A DNA stretch of 64,000 bases from Candidatus Latescibacterota bacterium (GCA_965243025.1 CBDETY010000003.1:256001-320000), one strand, 5' to 3'; shown: positions 18,283 to 28,878, counted from the stretch's first letter. Notes: a model not told the origin generated them from the letters alone. Numbers and translations are program-made.

Positions 18283-19032
18283 ATGCCGGCACCGATCGCC
18301 CTGCAGCTGTACACCCTGCGCGAGGCCGCGGCGAGGGATTTCGAAGCCGCGGTCCGCTCGGTCGCCGGGATCGGTTACCTCGGCGTCGAACCGGCCGGCT
18401 TTCCGGGCACCACCCCGGAAGCGGCGAAGAGGCTGTTCGACGACCTCGGGCTCGAGGTCTGCAGCGCCCACCTCCCGCTTCCGGCAGGTGACGACCTGTC
18501 CGAGGCGCTGGAGACCGCCGAAGCCCTCGGCATCGAGCGCGTGATCTCCGGCCGCGGGCCGGATCAGTTCTCCTCCCTCGACCGCATTGCGGAGTCGTGC
18601 GATCTCTTCAACGAGGCCGCCGCCAACTGCGCCCGGCGCGGCTTCACCTTCGGCATTCACAACCACTGGTGGGAGTTCCTCGGGGTCGAGGGAGAGCCCG
18701 CGTACAGGCATCTGCTCCGAAAGCTCAGCCCCGGCGTCATCTTCCAGATCGACGCCTACTGGGTGCAGACGGCAGGCGCCGATCCTGCCGGGGTCATCGC
18801 CGAGCTCGGGACCCGCGCCCCTCTCGTGCACCTGAAGGACGGCCCGTGCACGCGCGAGGAGGACATGCTGCCGCTCGGGGAGGGAATCGCCGACTTCGAC
18901 CGCATCGCCGCGGCCGGCGGCAGCGTCGAGTGGTGGATCGTCGAGCTCGACCGATGCGCCACCGACATGACCGACGCGGTGGCGAAGAGCCACGCCTTCC
19001 TGACCGGCGCGGGGTACGCCCGCGGCAGATAG
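18283..19032 (+). CDS. Sugar phosphate isomerase/epimerase (xylose isomerase-like TIM barrel)
   Basis: IALQLYTLRE, GYLGVE, HNHWWEF, QIDAYW, VHLKDG, WIVELD. Confidence 0.9.
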   Translation: MPAPIALQLYTLREAAARDFEAAVRSVAGIGYLGVEPAGFPGTTPEAAKRLFDDLGLEVCSAHLPLPAGDDLSEALETAEALGIERVISGRGPDQFSSLDRIAESCDLFNEAAANCARRGFTFGIHNHWWEFLGVEGEPAYRHLLRKLSPGVIFQIDAYWVQTAGADPAGVIAELGTRAPLVHLKDGPCTREEDMLPLGEGIADFDRIAAAGGSVEWWIVELDRCATDMTDAVAKSHAFLTGAGYARGR

Positions 19033-19199
19033 GGGGATGGGACTGCAACGGGTTGCCGCGGCTGTCGGGGAGAAGGGGGCGTCCCCGGCGTGAGGTTGCC
19101 CCCCGCCCGGATTGTCGGGGCGCGTGAGCCCCCGGGGCTGGCGGTAACCGCCTGCATCCGGGACGGGCAAGGCGGTCCCGGATCGAGGGCGGCTGCGAA

Positions 19200-21353
19200 G
19201 TGAGCGAGACTGAAACAACCGGCCGCGGAATGCCTGCCGGGTACCGGGAGCACCTGGCCAGTCGCGACCGCGCCTCCCTGCGGCTTCGGTCGGGAGACCT
19301 GACCTGGCGGGGATTCCTGGTCGGCGGTCTGCTCAGCTTCTTCCTCGCCACCGGGGCTCCGTACGCCAACATGGTGCTGACGGATTACGTGTCGGCCGAC
19401 TTCGACACCCGGGGCGCCATCCTGCTCTTCTTCCTCCTCATCGGGGGGCTGAACCTCCTGTTCAAGCTGGCCGGCCGCGGCATTGCTCATGCCCTGTCCC
19501 TGGCTTGGGTAACCGCGACGGGCTGGGCGTTGGCCTACCAGCCTTTCGACGAACTCGATCCCTACTCCCCCGGCATCCTCTTCTCCAGCCTCCTGGTGCT
19601 GGCCTCTCTGGCCAACGTCGTTGCCGTGGCGCGGGGACGCAGCCTCGCTCTCAACCGGACCGAGCTGATCCTCGTGTACGCGATGATGCTGATCGTCTCG
19701 GCGCTCTGCACCATGGGGATGAGCGAGCAGCTGCCGGGAATGATCTGCGCCCTCTTCTACTACGCCTCGCCGGAGAACCAGTGGGCTGAGCGGCTGTTCC
19801 CCCTCCTCGACAGGCGCATCGTCGTCGACGACGGCGCCGGCAACGTCCTGTTCTACGAGGGGGTGGGGGAAGGGGAGATCCCGTACGGCGCCTGGGTCGA
19901 GCCGATGCTCTGGTGGGCGGTTTTCCTGCTTGCCCTGTACGTGTCGATGGTGTCGATCGTCGTGATCCTGCGGCGCCAGTGGATGGAGCGGGAACGGCTC
20001 GCCTATCCCGTGGTGCAGGTGGGGCTGGCGATGATCCGGGGAGAGCGGCAGGACCGCCTGGTCAACCGCTTCTTCAAGAGCCCCTCCATGTGGATAGGGT
20101 GGTCGATTCCGATGTTCGTCGGCCTTCTCGCCGCCCTGCCGTCGTACGGAATCAACGTTCCCAGGCCGTCCCTGACCTGGACCGCCTCCCTGTTCGGGGT
20201 GCAGGGCATCAACATGAAGGTCAACTTCGTCGTTCTGGGGTTTTCCTACCTGATCCACACCCACCTCGCTTTGGGAATCTGCGTCTTCCACCTGGTGGCC
20301 AAGTGCGAGAAGGCCTTCTTCCAGATCGCTGGAATCACCTCGCCGCAGACGATCGTCTTCGGGGTCGGCGGCTTTCCCCTGCTGGGGTACCAGGGAACCG
20401 GGGCGCTGATCGCCATGGTCCTGGTCGGGCTGTGGCTGGGCCGCGAGCATCTCAAGGCAGTGGTGCTCAAGGCGGCGGGCCTGGCGCCGCACGTCGACGA
20501 CAGCGACGAGATCATGTCCTACCGGGGGGCCGTTGCCGGGGCCGCCGGCGGGGTTCTGGTGATGGTTGTCTGGCTCCGGATCATGGGCACGCCGGCGTGG
20601 ATCTCCCTGCTCTTCGTCGTCGCCGCGCTGCTGATCTTCATCGGCATTACCCGCATCGTGGTCGAGGCCGGGGTGGTCCAGCTGCGGGCGCCGATTTGCG
20701 CCCCCGACCTGGTGATCCAGGGGATCGGCTCCAGCCTGGTCGGGACCACCGGGGTGTTGAACCTGTCCCTCTCCTACCTGTGGGCCGCCGACGTCAGGGT
20801 TTTCGTCATGGGCACCTGCGCCAACGCCCTCAAGATGATCGAGGAGATGGACCCTCGCAGCCGGCGCCTGGTGTTCTGGGGGATCGTCCTGGCCCTGCTG
20901 ATCGGGGCTCTGGGCTCGCTGTGGATGATCTTCCACCTCACCTACAAGTACGGCGGGGTGAACATGAACAGCTGGTTTTTCCACAGGGGGCCGGCCGTCG
21001 CCTACGAGAATGCCTTGCGCAACCTCCAGCCCCGGGGGGTGTACTGGCCGGGGGTGGGGTTCTTCGCCGGCGGGGGAGTGGTCATGGCGCTGATGATGTT
21101 CGCCCGCGCCCGCCTCTCCTGGTGGCCGGTTCATCCCATCGGTTTCCCCTTAGGCGCCAACAGCATGACCGACTGGATCTGGTTCTCGGTGTTCCTCGCC
21201 TGGGCGGTAAAGGTGTGCGTGCTGCGCTTCGGAGGGGGGAGCGGCTACCGCCGAAGTCTGCCGTTCTTCCTCGGCATTCTCACCGGCGAGGTCACCAGCA
21301 TGGGGGTGTGGCTCGTCGTCGACTACTTCACCGGAACCATCGTGAAGGCCTGA
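19200..21353 (+). CDS. Polytopic membrane protein, DUF6785/DUF6784-like (putative transporter)
   Basis: More than 15 hydrophobic segments; ILRRQWMERERLAYP, ITRIVVEAG, WWPVHPIGF, WFSVFLAWAVK, PFFLGILTGE. Confidence 0.75.
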   Translation: MSETETTGRGMPAGYREHLASRDRASLRLRSGDLTWRGFLVGGLLSFFLATGAPYANMVLTDYVSADFDTRGAILLFFLLIGGLNLLFKLAGRGIAHALSLAWVTATGWALAYQPFDELDPYSPGILFSSLLVLASLANVVAVARGRSLALNRTELILVYAMMLIVSALCTMGMSEQLPGMICALFYYASPENQWAERLFPLLDRRIVVDDGAGNVLFYEGVGEGEIPYGAWVEPMLWWAVFLLALYVSMVSIVVILRRQWMERERLAYPVVQVGLAMIRGERQDRLVNRFFKSPSMWIGWSIPMFVGLLAALPSYGINVPRPSLTWTASLFGVQGINMKVNFVVLGFSYLIHTHLALGICVFHLVAKCEKAFFQIAGITSPQTIVFGVGGFPLLGYQGTGALIAMVLVGLWLGREHLKAVVLKAAGLAPHVDDSDEIMSYRGAVAGAAGGVLVMVVWLRIMGTPAWISLLFVVAALLIFIGITRIVVEAGVVQLRAPICAPDLVIQGIGSSLVGTTGVLNLSLSYLWAADVRVFVMGTCANALKMIEEMDPRSRRLVFWGIVLALLIGALGSLWMIFHLTYKYGGVNMNSWFFHRGPAVAYENALRNLQPRGVYWPGVGFFAGGGVVMALMMFARARLSWWPVHPIGFPLGANSMTDWIWFSVFLAWAVKVCVLRFGGGSGYRRSLPFFLGILTGEVTSMGVWLVVDYFTGTIVKA

Positions 21354-21416
21354 CTCCCGTCTGCAAGGCGCAGGAGCGGACTATGCGGGTTGGGGCCGAA
21401 TCCGCCGGGAACCGGT

Positions 21417-23222
21417 CTAGCGGAACGGGATCCCGTCCCGGTGCCAGGGAAAGCGGAAGCTCGGGGGGGCGGCGTAGCGCTGCATGCCGATGTCGAGATC
21501 GATCTGGGCGCCGGGCCGCAGGTCCACCTGGAAACAGCCGTCGTCGACGGTTGCCTCCTCCCCGTCCGCCGGGACCACCTTCCCGAAGCGGTGCTCTCCG
21601 AAGGAGCCGGCGGCCACCATCACGTCGCGCCCCTCGACCGGGCTGAGGTTGACCAGGGTCAGGGCCATGCCGTCGGCCTCCAGCCGCGTCACCAGGGCGG
21701 CGACGTCCGGGGGCAGTCCGGGGCGCTGCCGCGCCGGGTCGTAGTAGCGCACCCGCCCCTGGGCCAGTCCACCCCAGTAGATCGGCTGCGGGCCGCCGGT
21801 GGTCAGCTGCACGAGGGCCTCGGTCACCACCGGGTTGACCTGCTGCCACCAGTGCACGTCGAGGGTGGTCGGGTCCTGCTCGTCGTCCAGCACCTTGGCG
21901 AGCCGGTTGCAGACCTCGCGGTAGTTGGCCTGCAGGATGCGCTCGGGATAGTCGGGAACCTCGCCGGCGAGGAAGCGCGTCCAGGCGCGGTCGTCGGCGG
22001 CGCGCACGGGCCGCTGGGTGACCCCGGCCCACTCCTCCTCCCGGCCGCGGCGCAGGGCCTCGAGGCGCTGCCGGTCCTCCCCGGCCATCGACGCCGCCCA
22101 CAGGTGCACCGGCATGTGGGGGGCGGCCGGACCGAACTCGCACCAGCCGCCGGAGGTGTGCTTGTGCGGCACCAGCAGGCGGCCGTCCTCCTCCCTGGCA
22201 TGGGCGATCAGGGTGTCGAGGTGCATGCGCGGCAGCTCGAGATACCCCGCGTCCCCGGTCACCAGGAGAGCGGCTTCGGCGGCGATGGTCACGGCGCAGG
22301 ACATCATCTGGTGTCCGAACCTGCCGGTCCACCCGTAGAAGCCGCCCCACCATTCCCCGTCCCGGGTTTCCCCGACGACGCCGCTGTGGCCGACGTTGTC
22401 GGGCACGATCCCCCCGTTTGCCCGGGTGCGCTCGATCCAGGCGCCGGCGTACTCCTCGATCCAGCGGCGGTAGCGCGCCTCCCCGGTGTAGAGGAAGGCG
22501 GTCGCCACCAGCGGGACGATCCCGAGGTTGACGGTGACGTCCCCCTGCATCACCACCTCGTCGAAACGGCGGTGGACCTGCTCCCGCAGCTGCTCGTCCT
22601 CCCACCACTCCGGGGGCGGGGGCTTCCATCCCGGCCCGAGGGTGGTGTGCCCGTGCTCGATGTTGTAGCGGACGTCGTTGAAGCGGGCGCTGGCCCGCGG
22701 CCCCCTGCTGCCGCTGAACGGCGAGCGCACGATCCGGTGCCGGGGATCGTAGTTGGGTGCCTCCGGATCCTCGCCGAGGTAGAAGCCGGCGAAGCGCCGG
22801 GCGCGGCGCATCGTCTCCCGGCTCGTCGGGTCGGCCATGCCGAGGTGGTAGAAGTAGATGTAGTTCTCGGCGTTGTGGAACCAGTCGTCGTCGCTGATGA
22901 ACTCCTTGTGGGCGCGGCCGTAGTCGTACTCGATCTGGCGGGTGACGGCGTTCCACTGCTCGAACGACTTGGTACCGGTGTAGCCGCTGCCGCCGAGGGC
23001 GTGGTAGTGGGGCCAGTTGAAGAAGGCCTCGTACAGGTCGTCGGCCCAGACCCCGTCCCCGGGGTAGTCCTCCCTCCATACGAGCGAGCCTCCGGGGCGG
23101 GTGTATTTCTCGAGGAAGATCGGAGCCGCCGCGTCGATGGCGTCGATCAGCTGCCGCTCGAGGACCGCCCAGCCCGGGGGAGCGGTGCGCCGGGTGCCGG
23201 TGATTGTTTTCAATGCAGCCAT
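21417..23222 (-). CDS. Hypothetical protein (~600 aa, W/Y/D-rich, possible helical-barrel enzyme)
   Basis: Long ORF with gene-like codon use and globular composition; DDLYEAFFNW, DWFHNAE, WWGGFYGW, NPVVTEALVQL, RPGLPPDVAALV. Confidence 0.8.
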   Translation of the reverse strand: MAALKTITGTRRTAPPGWAVLERQLIDAIDAAAPIFLEKYTRPGGSLVWREDYPGDGVWADDLYEAFFNWPHYHALGGSGYTGTKSFEQWNAVTRQIEYDYGRAHKEFISDDDWFHNAENYIYFYHLGMADPTSRETMRRARRFAGFYLGEDPEAPNYDPRHRIVRSPFSGSRGPRASARFNDVRYNIEHGHTTLGPGWKPPPPEWWEDEQLREQVHRRFDEVVMQGDVTVNLGIVPLVATAFLYTGEARYRRWIEEYAGAWIERTRANGGIVPDNVGHSGVVGETRDGEWWGGFYGWTGRFGHQMMSCAVTIAAEAALLVTGDAGYLELPRMHLDTLIAHAREEDGRLLVPHKHTSGGWCEFGPAAPHMPVHLWAASMAGEDRQRLEALRRGREEEWAGVTQRPVRAADDRAWTRFLAGEVPDYPERILQANYREVCNRLAKVLDDEQDPTTLDVHWWQQVNPVVTEALVQLTTGGPQPIYWGGLAQGRVRYYDPARQRPGLPPDVAALVTRLEADGMALTLVNLSPVEGRDVMVAAGSFGEHRFGKVVPADGEEATVDDGCFQVDLRPGAQIDLDIGMQRYAAPPSFRFPWHRDGIPFR

Positions 23223-23283
23223 CCCTCTGTTGTCGGTGACCGGGGCGGCACGGCGCAAGCGGGCCGGGTTCTTGCCGCCGCCC

Positions 23284-24060
23284 TCATTCCTCGCCGGCCA
23301 GGATCCTGCCGAACGCCGCGGGCGACACGCGCAGATCGATGTTCTGGCAGTCGACGGCCGTCACCGGGGTGTCGCGGCGCGTATAGCTCCAGCGCACGGG
23401 CTGCTCGAAGTGCCAGAGCCGCAGGGAGCGGTAGTAGCCGCTCAGCAGCTCGTCGGTGCGCTCGTTGCGCGAGCCGCTCGGGTAGGCGAAGTGATCGGGG
23501 GCGAACCCGAGGCGCCGCTCGAAGATGCGGTTCGCCAGCTCGGCTTCGCGGACCACGCCCCCGTCCCCTTCCTCGGCGTGGCGGTCGGCGAGCTTGCAGT
23601 GGGTCGCGGTGTGGGCGCCGATCTCCCAGCCGTCCTCGAGGAGCCCCGCCACCTGCTCCCAAGTCATGAACGGCTTCTCGACCACCCCCTCGGTCAGGGT
23701 GCGAACCGCCGCGGAGCGGCCGCTGCTGGCCGCCTCGATGCCGTCGGTGATCGGGAAGCAGGTGGCGCTGTACCCGAAGTCGTCGAGGACCGGCTTGACC
23801 ACCGTGGCCGTGTCGAGCCAGCCGTTGTCGAAGTGCAGGACCGCGGCCTTCGCGGGCAGCACGGCGTCGCCCAGGAGCCAGTCGACGACGCGGGAGGTGC
23901 CAGCCACCGTCCAGCCGCCGGCGCGCAGCTGTTCGAGGTGCCGTGTGAACTCCGACAGGCCGATGACGCCTGCGGTCTGCGCCGCGGCGGCTTCGGCCAG
24001 CTCGGGGGAGTCGTCGGGATACACATGGTGGTATACGAGGATCGGCACGTGCAGGTCCAT
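23284..24060 (-). CDS. Polysaccharide deacetylase (CE4) family protein
   Basis: VPILVYHHV, LHFDNGW, MTWEQV, IGAHTATH, FAYPSG. Confidence 0.88.
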   Translation of the reverse strand: MDLHVPILVYHHVYPDDSPELAEAAAAQTAGVIGLSEFTRHLEQLRAGGWTVAGTSRVVDWLLGDAVLPAKAAVLHFDNGWLDTATVVKPVLDDFGYSATCFPITDGIEAASSGRSAAVRTLTEGVVEKPFMTWEQVAGLLEDGWEIGAHTATHCKLADRHAEEGDGGVVREAELANRIFERRLGFAPDHFAYPSGSRNERTDELLSGYYRSLRLWHFEQPVRWSYTRRDTPVTAVDCQNIDLRVSPAAFGRILAGEE

Positions 24061-24121
24061 CTTTGTTCTTCCCGGATGCAGTCCCTTTCTTTGGGGCCGC
24101 TCAATCTGGAACAAGGAGCCG

Positions 24122-25042
24122 ATGCGGACAAACACAGGCGCAGCAGCGCGCTTCGCCTTCATCACCGACACCCATTATCACCCGGAGGCGTCCCGGGATT
24201 TCGGGGCGCCGAAAATGCTCACCCGCGCCCCGGAGGTCCTGGCCGCCACCGTGCCGGCGGTCAACGCGGTGCAACCGGAGTTCATCCTGCACGGTGGAGA
24301 CCTGTTCTGCGGCGGCACCTCCTTCGAGCTGCCGGACGACCTCTACGAGCAGTCCCTGCGCGACGTCGCCGCGGCCTACGCCGGCTTCGACGCCCCCGTC
24401 CACTACGTTCCCGGGAATCACGACTGCCGGGCCAGCGACTTCTCCTTCGAAGACCTGGGCCGCGCCTTCCCGATGCCCGGAATCCTCGGGATCGCCGAGG
24501 TCGCACCACGCCTCCGGGTCGCCCTCGCCAACGCCTACCACACCGGCCACGGAGAGGGCCGGGGCTTGTGGACCGGCGAGCTGGACGCGGCCCTGCGCGA
24601 GGCCAATGACGACGCCCTGGCCTCGGATTCCGCCCTGATCCTCGTACAGCATCCCTGGATCGCCCCCAACTTCATTCCGGAAGGGGGCGATGAGGACGCC
24701 GGGTGCATCGGGGGAGCCGGGCGGCTGCGGGGCACCCTCCGCGAATGTTCTTCCGTGGTCGCCGCGTTCACCGGGCACCGCCACATCAACCGCATCCGCA
24801 TGCTGGGGGACCTCGCCGTCGTCGACACCGCCTGCCTGATCGGCTACCCCTTCGGGTTCCGGGAGGTGACGCTCGATTCCCGGGGCTGGATGACCTGCCG
24901 CTTCCACCAGCTCGACCTCCCGGAGTTGATGCGGGAGTCCTGCGCCCGTTCCGACGAGCTGACGAACGACCGCTGGCGCGGGGAAGAGGGGGACCGGAAC
25001 ACGCGGATCCTGCTGCCCAGGCTGCGGGAGCTGTGGCGGTAA
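24122..25042 (+). CDS. Calcineurin-like metallophosphoesterase
   Basis: DTH, GGD, PGNHD, QHP, TGHRH motifs. Confidence 0.9.
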   Translation: MRTNTGAAARFAFITDTHYHPEASRDFGAPKMLTRAPEVLAATVPAVNAVQPEFILHGGDLFCGGTSFELPDDLYEQSLRDVAAAYAGFDAPVHYVPGNHDCRASDFSFEDLGRAFPMPGILGIAEVAPRLRVALANAYHTGHGEGRGLWTGELDAALREANDDALASDSALILVQHPWIAPNFIPEGGDEDAGCIGGAGRLRGTLRECSSVVAAFTGHRHINRIRMLGDLAVVDTACLIGYPFGFREVTLDSRGWMTCRFHQLDLPELMRESCARSDELTNDRWRGEEGDRNTRILLPRLRELWR

Positions 25043-25050
25043 CCGGTCCC

Positions 25051-27150
25051 ATGGCGAGTCTCGCGATCGACATCGGCGGCACCTTCACCGACGTGGTGGT
25101 AGTCCGGTCCGCTTCGGAGTCCCTGTCGGCGGCCAAGGTGCTGACCACCTATCCCGACCCCTCCCGGGGGGTGCTGGAAGGGGCGGCGAAGGCCCTGGCG
25201 TCCGCCGGGGTCGACCCGGCGCAGGTCGAGCGGCTGATCCACGGAACCACCCTGGTCACCAACGCCCTGATCGAGCGCAAGGGGGCGCGCACCGGCCTGC
25301 TGACGACCGCCGGCTTCGGGGATGCCCTGGAGATCGGCCGCGAGGGGCGTTACGACATCTACGACCTTCTGCTCGAGCTGCCCGAGCCGCTGGTCGAGCG
25401 GCGGCTGCGGCTCGAGGTGAGGGAGCGCCTCAACTCGAGCGGCGAGGTGCTGGAGGACCTCGACGAGGGGACGGTCCGCCAGGCCTGCATGCAGCTGGCC
25501 GAGGAAGGGGTCGAGGCGGTGGCGGTCTGTTTCCTCCACGCCTACGCCAACGCCGATCACGAGGGCCGCGCCGCGGCGATCGCCTCCGAGCTCCTGCCGC
25601 ACGCCGCGGTCTCCACCTCCCACGCGGTGGCGCCGCAGATGCGCGAGTACGAACGCGCCTCGACCACCGTCGCCAACGCCTACGTCAAGCAGCTGGCCGG
25701 GCGCTATCTCGACAATCTCCAGGAAGGCATGCGCAGCCTCGGAGTCCCGGCGCCGCTGCACGTCACCCTCTCCAACGGCGGCACCGCGACGGCCGCCACC
25801 GCCGCGGAGTTCCCGGTGCGCCTGGTCGAGTCCGGCCCCTGCGGCGGCGCCCTGGCGGCCGCCGAGACGGCGAGGCGCTGCGGCTTCGAGGACCTGCTCG
25901 CCTTCGACATGGGGGGGACCACGGCCAAGGCCTTCCTCAGCGCCGGGGGGGAGTTCCCGATCACCACCGAGTCGGAGGTGGCGCGGGTGTACCGGTTCAA
26001 ACGGGGCAGCGGGCTGCCCCTGCTGGTCCCGGTGCTCGACATGATCGAGGTCGGCGCCGGCGGCGGCAGCATCGCCCGCATCGACCCGCTCGGCCTGCCT
26101 GCGGTCGGCCCGGAAAGCGCCGGCTCCTCCCCGGGGCCCGCCTGCTACGGCCTCGGCGGGGAGCTGCCAACGGTCACCGACGCCGACCTCCTGCTCGGGT
26201 TTCTCGACCCGGGCTTCTTCCTCGGCGGGGAGATGGCCCTCGACACGGAGGCGGCGGCCCGGGCGGTCTCCGGTTTCGCCCGCGGGCTGAACGACAACCC
26301 CGACGGGGCTTCGGGCCGGCCGGATACCGCCGCGGCGGCCTGGGGGATCCACCGGTTGGTGAACGAGAACATGGCCAACGCCGCCCGCGTCCACGCCGCC
26401 GAACGCGGCCTCGACGTCGCCTCCTTCGCGATGGTCGCCACCGGGGGAGCCGGGCCGGTGCACGCCTGCAAGGTCGCCGAGCTGCTCGGCATCGAGACGG
26501 TGATCGTCCCGGGGGCGGCCGGGGTCTCCTCGGCGATCGGGCTGCTGCTGGCGCCGCTGTCGTTCGACTTCTCGCAGTCCCTCGTCGCCCGGCTGGCCGA
26601 TCTCGACCTCGGCAGGGTCGACGAGCTGCTCGCCGCCCTCGAATCCCGGGGGCGCGGCATCGTCGCCGCCGGGGGGGTTTCCGGGGACCGGGTAGAGGTG
26701 GTGCGCACCGCGGACATGCGCTACGTCGGACAGGGGCACGAGATCCGCGTGCCGCTCCCCGGCGGGAGCCTCGAGGAACGGTCCCACCCGGCCCTTCAGG
26801 AGGCCTTCGACAATGCCTACAGCAGGTCGTACGGCCGCATCTGCGAGGGGGTTCCGGTCGAGGCCATACACTGGCGCGTCACCGTCTCCGGACCGAGGCC
26901 GAAGCTGCAGCTGGGGTCCCCCGGATCGCGCGGAACGCCGCTGAAAGGGGAACGCGAAGCCTTCTTCGACGGGCGGCCGCAGCCGGTGCCGGTGTTCGAC
27001 CGCTACGCCCTGCCTGCCGGTTTCGCCGAAACGGGCCCCCTGATCGTCGAGGAGGTGGAATCGACGACGGTGGTGCCGCCGGGCTGGAGCCTGAGCTCGA
27101 CGGAGAGCGGAGACCTGCTGGTCAGAAGAAGCGGACCGCGGAGCGCCTGA
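25051..27150 (+). CDS. Hydantoinase/oxoprolinase subunit A
   Basis: IDIGGTFTD, HGTTLVTNALIERKG, ESGP, FDMGGTT, GAGGGS, GPESAG..PGP, TVTDA, DMRYVGQGHE. Confidence 0.94.
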   Translation: MASLAIDIGGTFTDVVVVRSASESLSAAKVLTTYPDPSRGVLEGAAKALASAGVDPAQVERLIHGTTLVTNALIERKGARTGLLTTAGFGDALEIGREGRYDIYDLLLELPEPLVERRLRLEVRERLNSSGEVLEDLDEGTVRQACMQLAEEGVEAVAVCFLHAYANADHEGRAAAIASELLPHAAVSTSHAVAPQMREYERASTTVANAYVKQLAGRYLDNLQEGMRSLGVPAPLHVTLSNGGTATAATAAEFPVRLVESGPCGGALAAAETARRCGFEDLLAFDMGGTTAKAFLSAGGEFPITTESEVARVYRFKRGSGLPLLVPVLDMIEVGAGGGSIARIDPLGLPAVGPESAGSSPGPACYGLGGELPTVTDADLLLGFLDPGFFLGGEMALDTEAAARAVSGFARGLNDNPDGASGRPDTAAAAWGIHRLVNENMANAARVHAAERGLDVASFAMVATGGAGPVHACKVAELLGIETVIVPGAAGVSSAIGLLLAPLSFDFSQSLVARLADLDLGRVDELLAALESRGRGIVAAGGVSGDRVEVVRTADMRYVGQGHEIRVPLPGGSLEERSHPALQEAFDNAYSRSYGRICEGVPVEAIHWRVTVSGPRPKLQLGSPGSRGTPLKGEREAFFDGRPQPVPVFDRYALPAGFAETGPLIVEEVESTTVVPPGWSLSSTESGDLLVRRSGPRSA

Positions 27151-27153
27151 ACC

Positions 27154-28878
27154 ATGGACGACGTCACCCTCGAAGTACTCTGGAGCCGCCTGATCTCGAT
27201 CACCAACGAGCAGGCCGCCGCCCTGATGCACTCCTCGTTCACCACGGTCGTGCGCGAGGCGGGGGATCTCTCCGCCGGGGTTTTCGACCGCAGCGGCAAC
27301 ATGCTCGCCCAGGCGGTGACCGGAACCCCGGGCCACATCAACACCATGGCGACCGGGGTCCGGCACTTCGTCCGCAAGTACCCCATCGACAGCCTCAGAC
27401 CGGGGGACAGCCTGGTGACCAACGACCCCTGGATCGTCTCCGGCCACCTTCACGACATCACCGTCCTCACCCCGGTGTTCCACCGCGGCAGGGGAGTCGG
27501 CTGGTTCGCCAACACCTGTCACGCCATGGACATCGGCGGCCGCACCCTCGGGGCCGACGCCCGCGAGGTGTTCGAGGAGGGGCTCAACATCCCGATCATG
27601 AAGCTGTTTCGCGAGGGGGAGCTCAACCGCGAGCTGATCGACATCGTGCGCGCCAACGTGCGCGTCCCCGACGAGGTCGAGGGGGATCTCTACGCCCAGC
27701 AGGCCGGCAACGACGCCGGCGCCCGCAAGCTGATCGGCATGATGGAGGAGGAGGGCCTGGAGGACATCGAGGATCTGTCGGTGGCGATCCTCGGGCGCTC
27801 CGAGAAGGCGACGGGGGACGCGATCGCCGCCATCGCCGACGGCACCTACGAGGACGAGGTCGAGATCGACGGTTTCGACGAACCCCTGAAGATACGGGCG
27901 GCAATAACCGTGGAGGGACGGCGGGTCACCGTCGACTACGCAGGCAGCTCTCCCCAGGTCGACCGCGGCATCAACGTCGTCTACAACTACACCCACGCGT
28001 ACACCACCTACCCCCTCAAGTGCGCCGTCAGCCCCGAGGTCCCCAACAACGAGGGCAGCTTCCGGCCGGTGACCGTGCGCGCCCCCGAGGGCTCGATCCT
28101 CAACGCCCGCTTCCCGTGCGCGGTCGGGGCGCGCCACCTGATCGGCCACTTCCTGTCGCAGGCGGTGTTCGGGGCCCTGTCGCAGGTGATTCCCGGGCGC
28201 GTCCTCGCCGACGGGTCGGCCGGGCTCTGGAACACCCAGCTCGAAGGGCACGACCGCGGCGGCCGGCTGTTCGCCTACATCTTCTTCTCCGCCGGCGGCA
28301 TGGGGGCGCGTCCGGGCAGCGACGGGCTGTCGGCGACCGCCTTTCCCAGCGGCATCCGCGGCGTCCCGGCCGAGGCGATAGAGTCGGTGTCGCCGGTGCT
28401 GATGCTCCGGCGCGCCCTGCGCCCCGACTCGGGAGGGGCGGGGAAGTTCCGGGGCGGCCTCGGCCAGGAGATGGTGCTCAAGGTCGACAGCGGGCAGGAG
28501 ACCCTGCACTCGCCGATGTACGACCGCACCCGCTCGGCCGCCCGCGGGTTCGACGGCGGCGGGGACGGGGCTGTCGGGGAGCTCTTCCTCGGGAGCGGGG
28601 AGCCCCTGCACCCCAAGCGGAAATACCTGCTGCCCCCGGACGAGACCGTGACCCTCCGCCTTCCCGGCGGCGGCGGCTTCGGCTCGCCCCTGGAGCGCGA
28701 CCCCGCGCGGGTTCTCGAGGATGTCCGCCAGGGCCGCGTCTCCCCGGAGTCGGCCCTGGGAGAGTACGGCGTGGTCGTCGACATCGAGCGCTGGGCCGTC
28801 AACGAGGAGGCGACCGCGGCGGCGCGGCAGGCCCTGCGCAGGCGGGCGGAACCCGGGCGGGAAGGGGAGGAGGGATGA
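27154..28878 (+). CDS. Hydantoinase B/oxoprolinase subunit
   Basis: SSFTTVVREAGD, NDPW..GHLHD, HAMDIGG, EEGL.IP, NVR, GGMGAR, DSGGAGKFRGG, PGGGGFG. Confidence 0.94.
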   Translation: MDDVTLEVLWSRLISITNEQAAALMHSSFTTVVREAGDLSAGVFDRSGNMLAQAVTGTPGHINTMATGVRHFVRKYPIDSLRPGDSLVTNDPWIVSGHLHDITVLTPVFHRGRGVGWFANTCHAMDIGGRTLGADAREVFEEGLNIPIMKLFREGELNRELIDIVRANVRVPDEVEGDLYAQQAGNDAGARKLIGMMEEEGLEDIEDLSVAILGRSEKATGDAIAAIADGTYEDEVEIDGFDEPLKIRAAITVEGRRVTVDYAGSSPQVDRGINVVYNYTHAYTTYPLKCAVSPEVPNNEGSFRPVTVRAPEGSILNARFPCAVGARHLIGHFLSQAVFGALSQVIPGRVLADGSAGLWNTQLEGHDRGGRLFAYIFFSAGGMGARPGSDGLSATAFPSGIRGVPAEAIESVSPVLMLRRALRPDSGGAGKFRGGLGQEMVLKVDSGQETLHSPMYDRTRSAARGFDGGGDGAVGELFLGSGEPLHPKRKYLLPPDETVTLRLPGGGGFGSPLERDPARVLEDVRQGRVSPESALGEYGVVVDIERWAVNEEATAAARQALRRRAEPGREGEEG

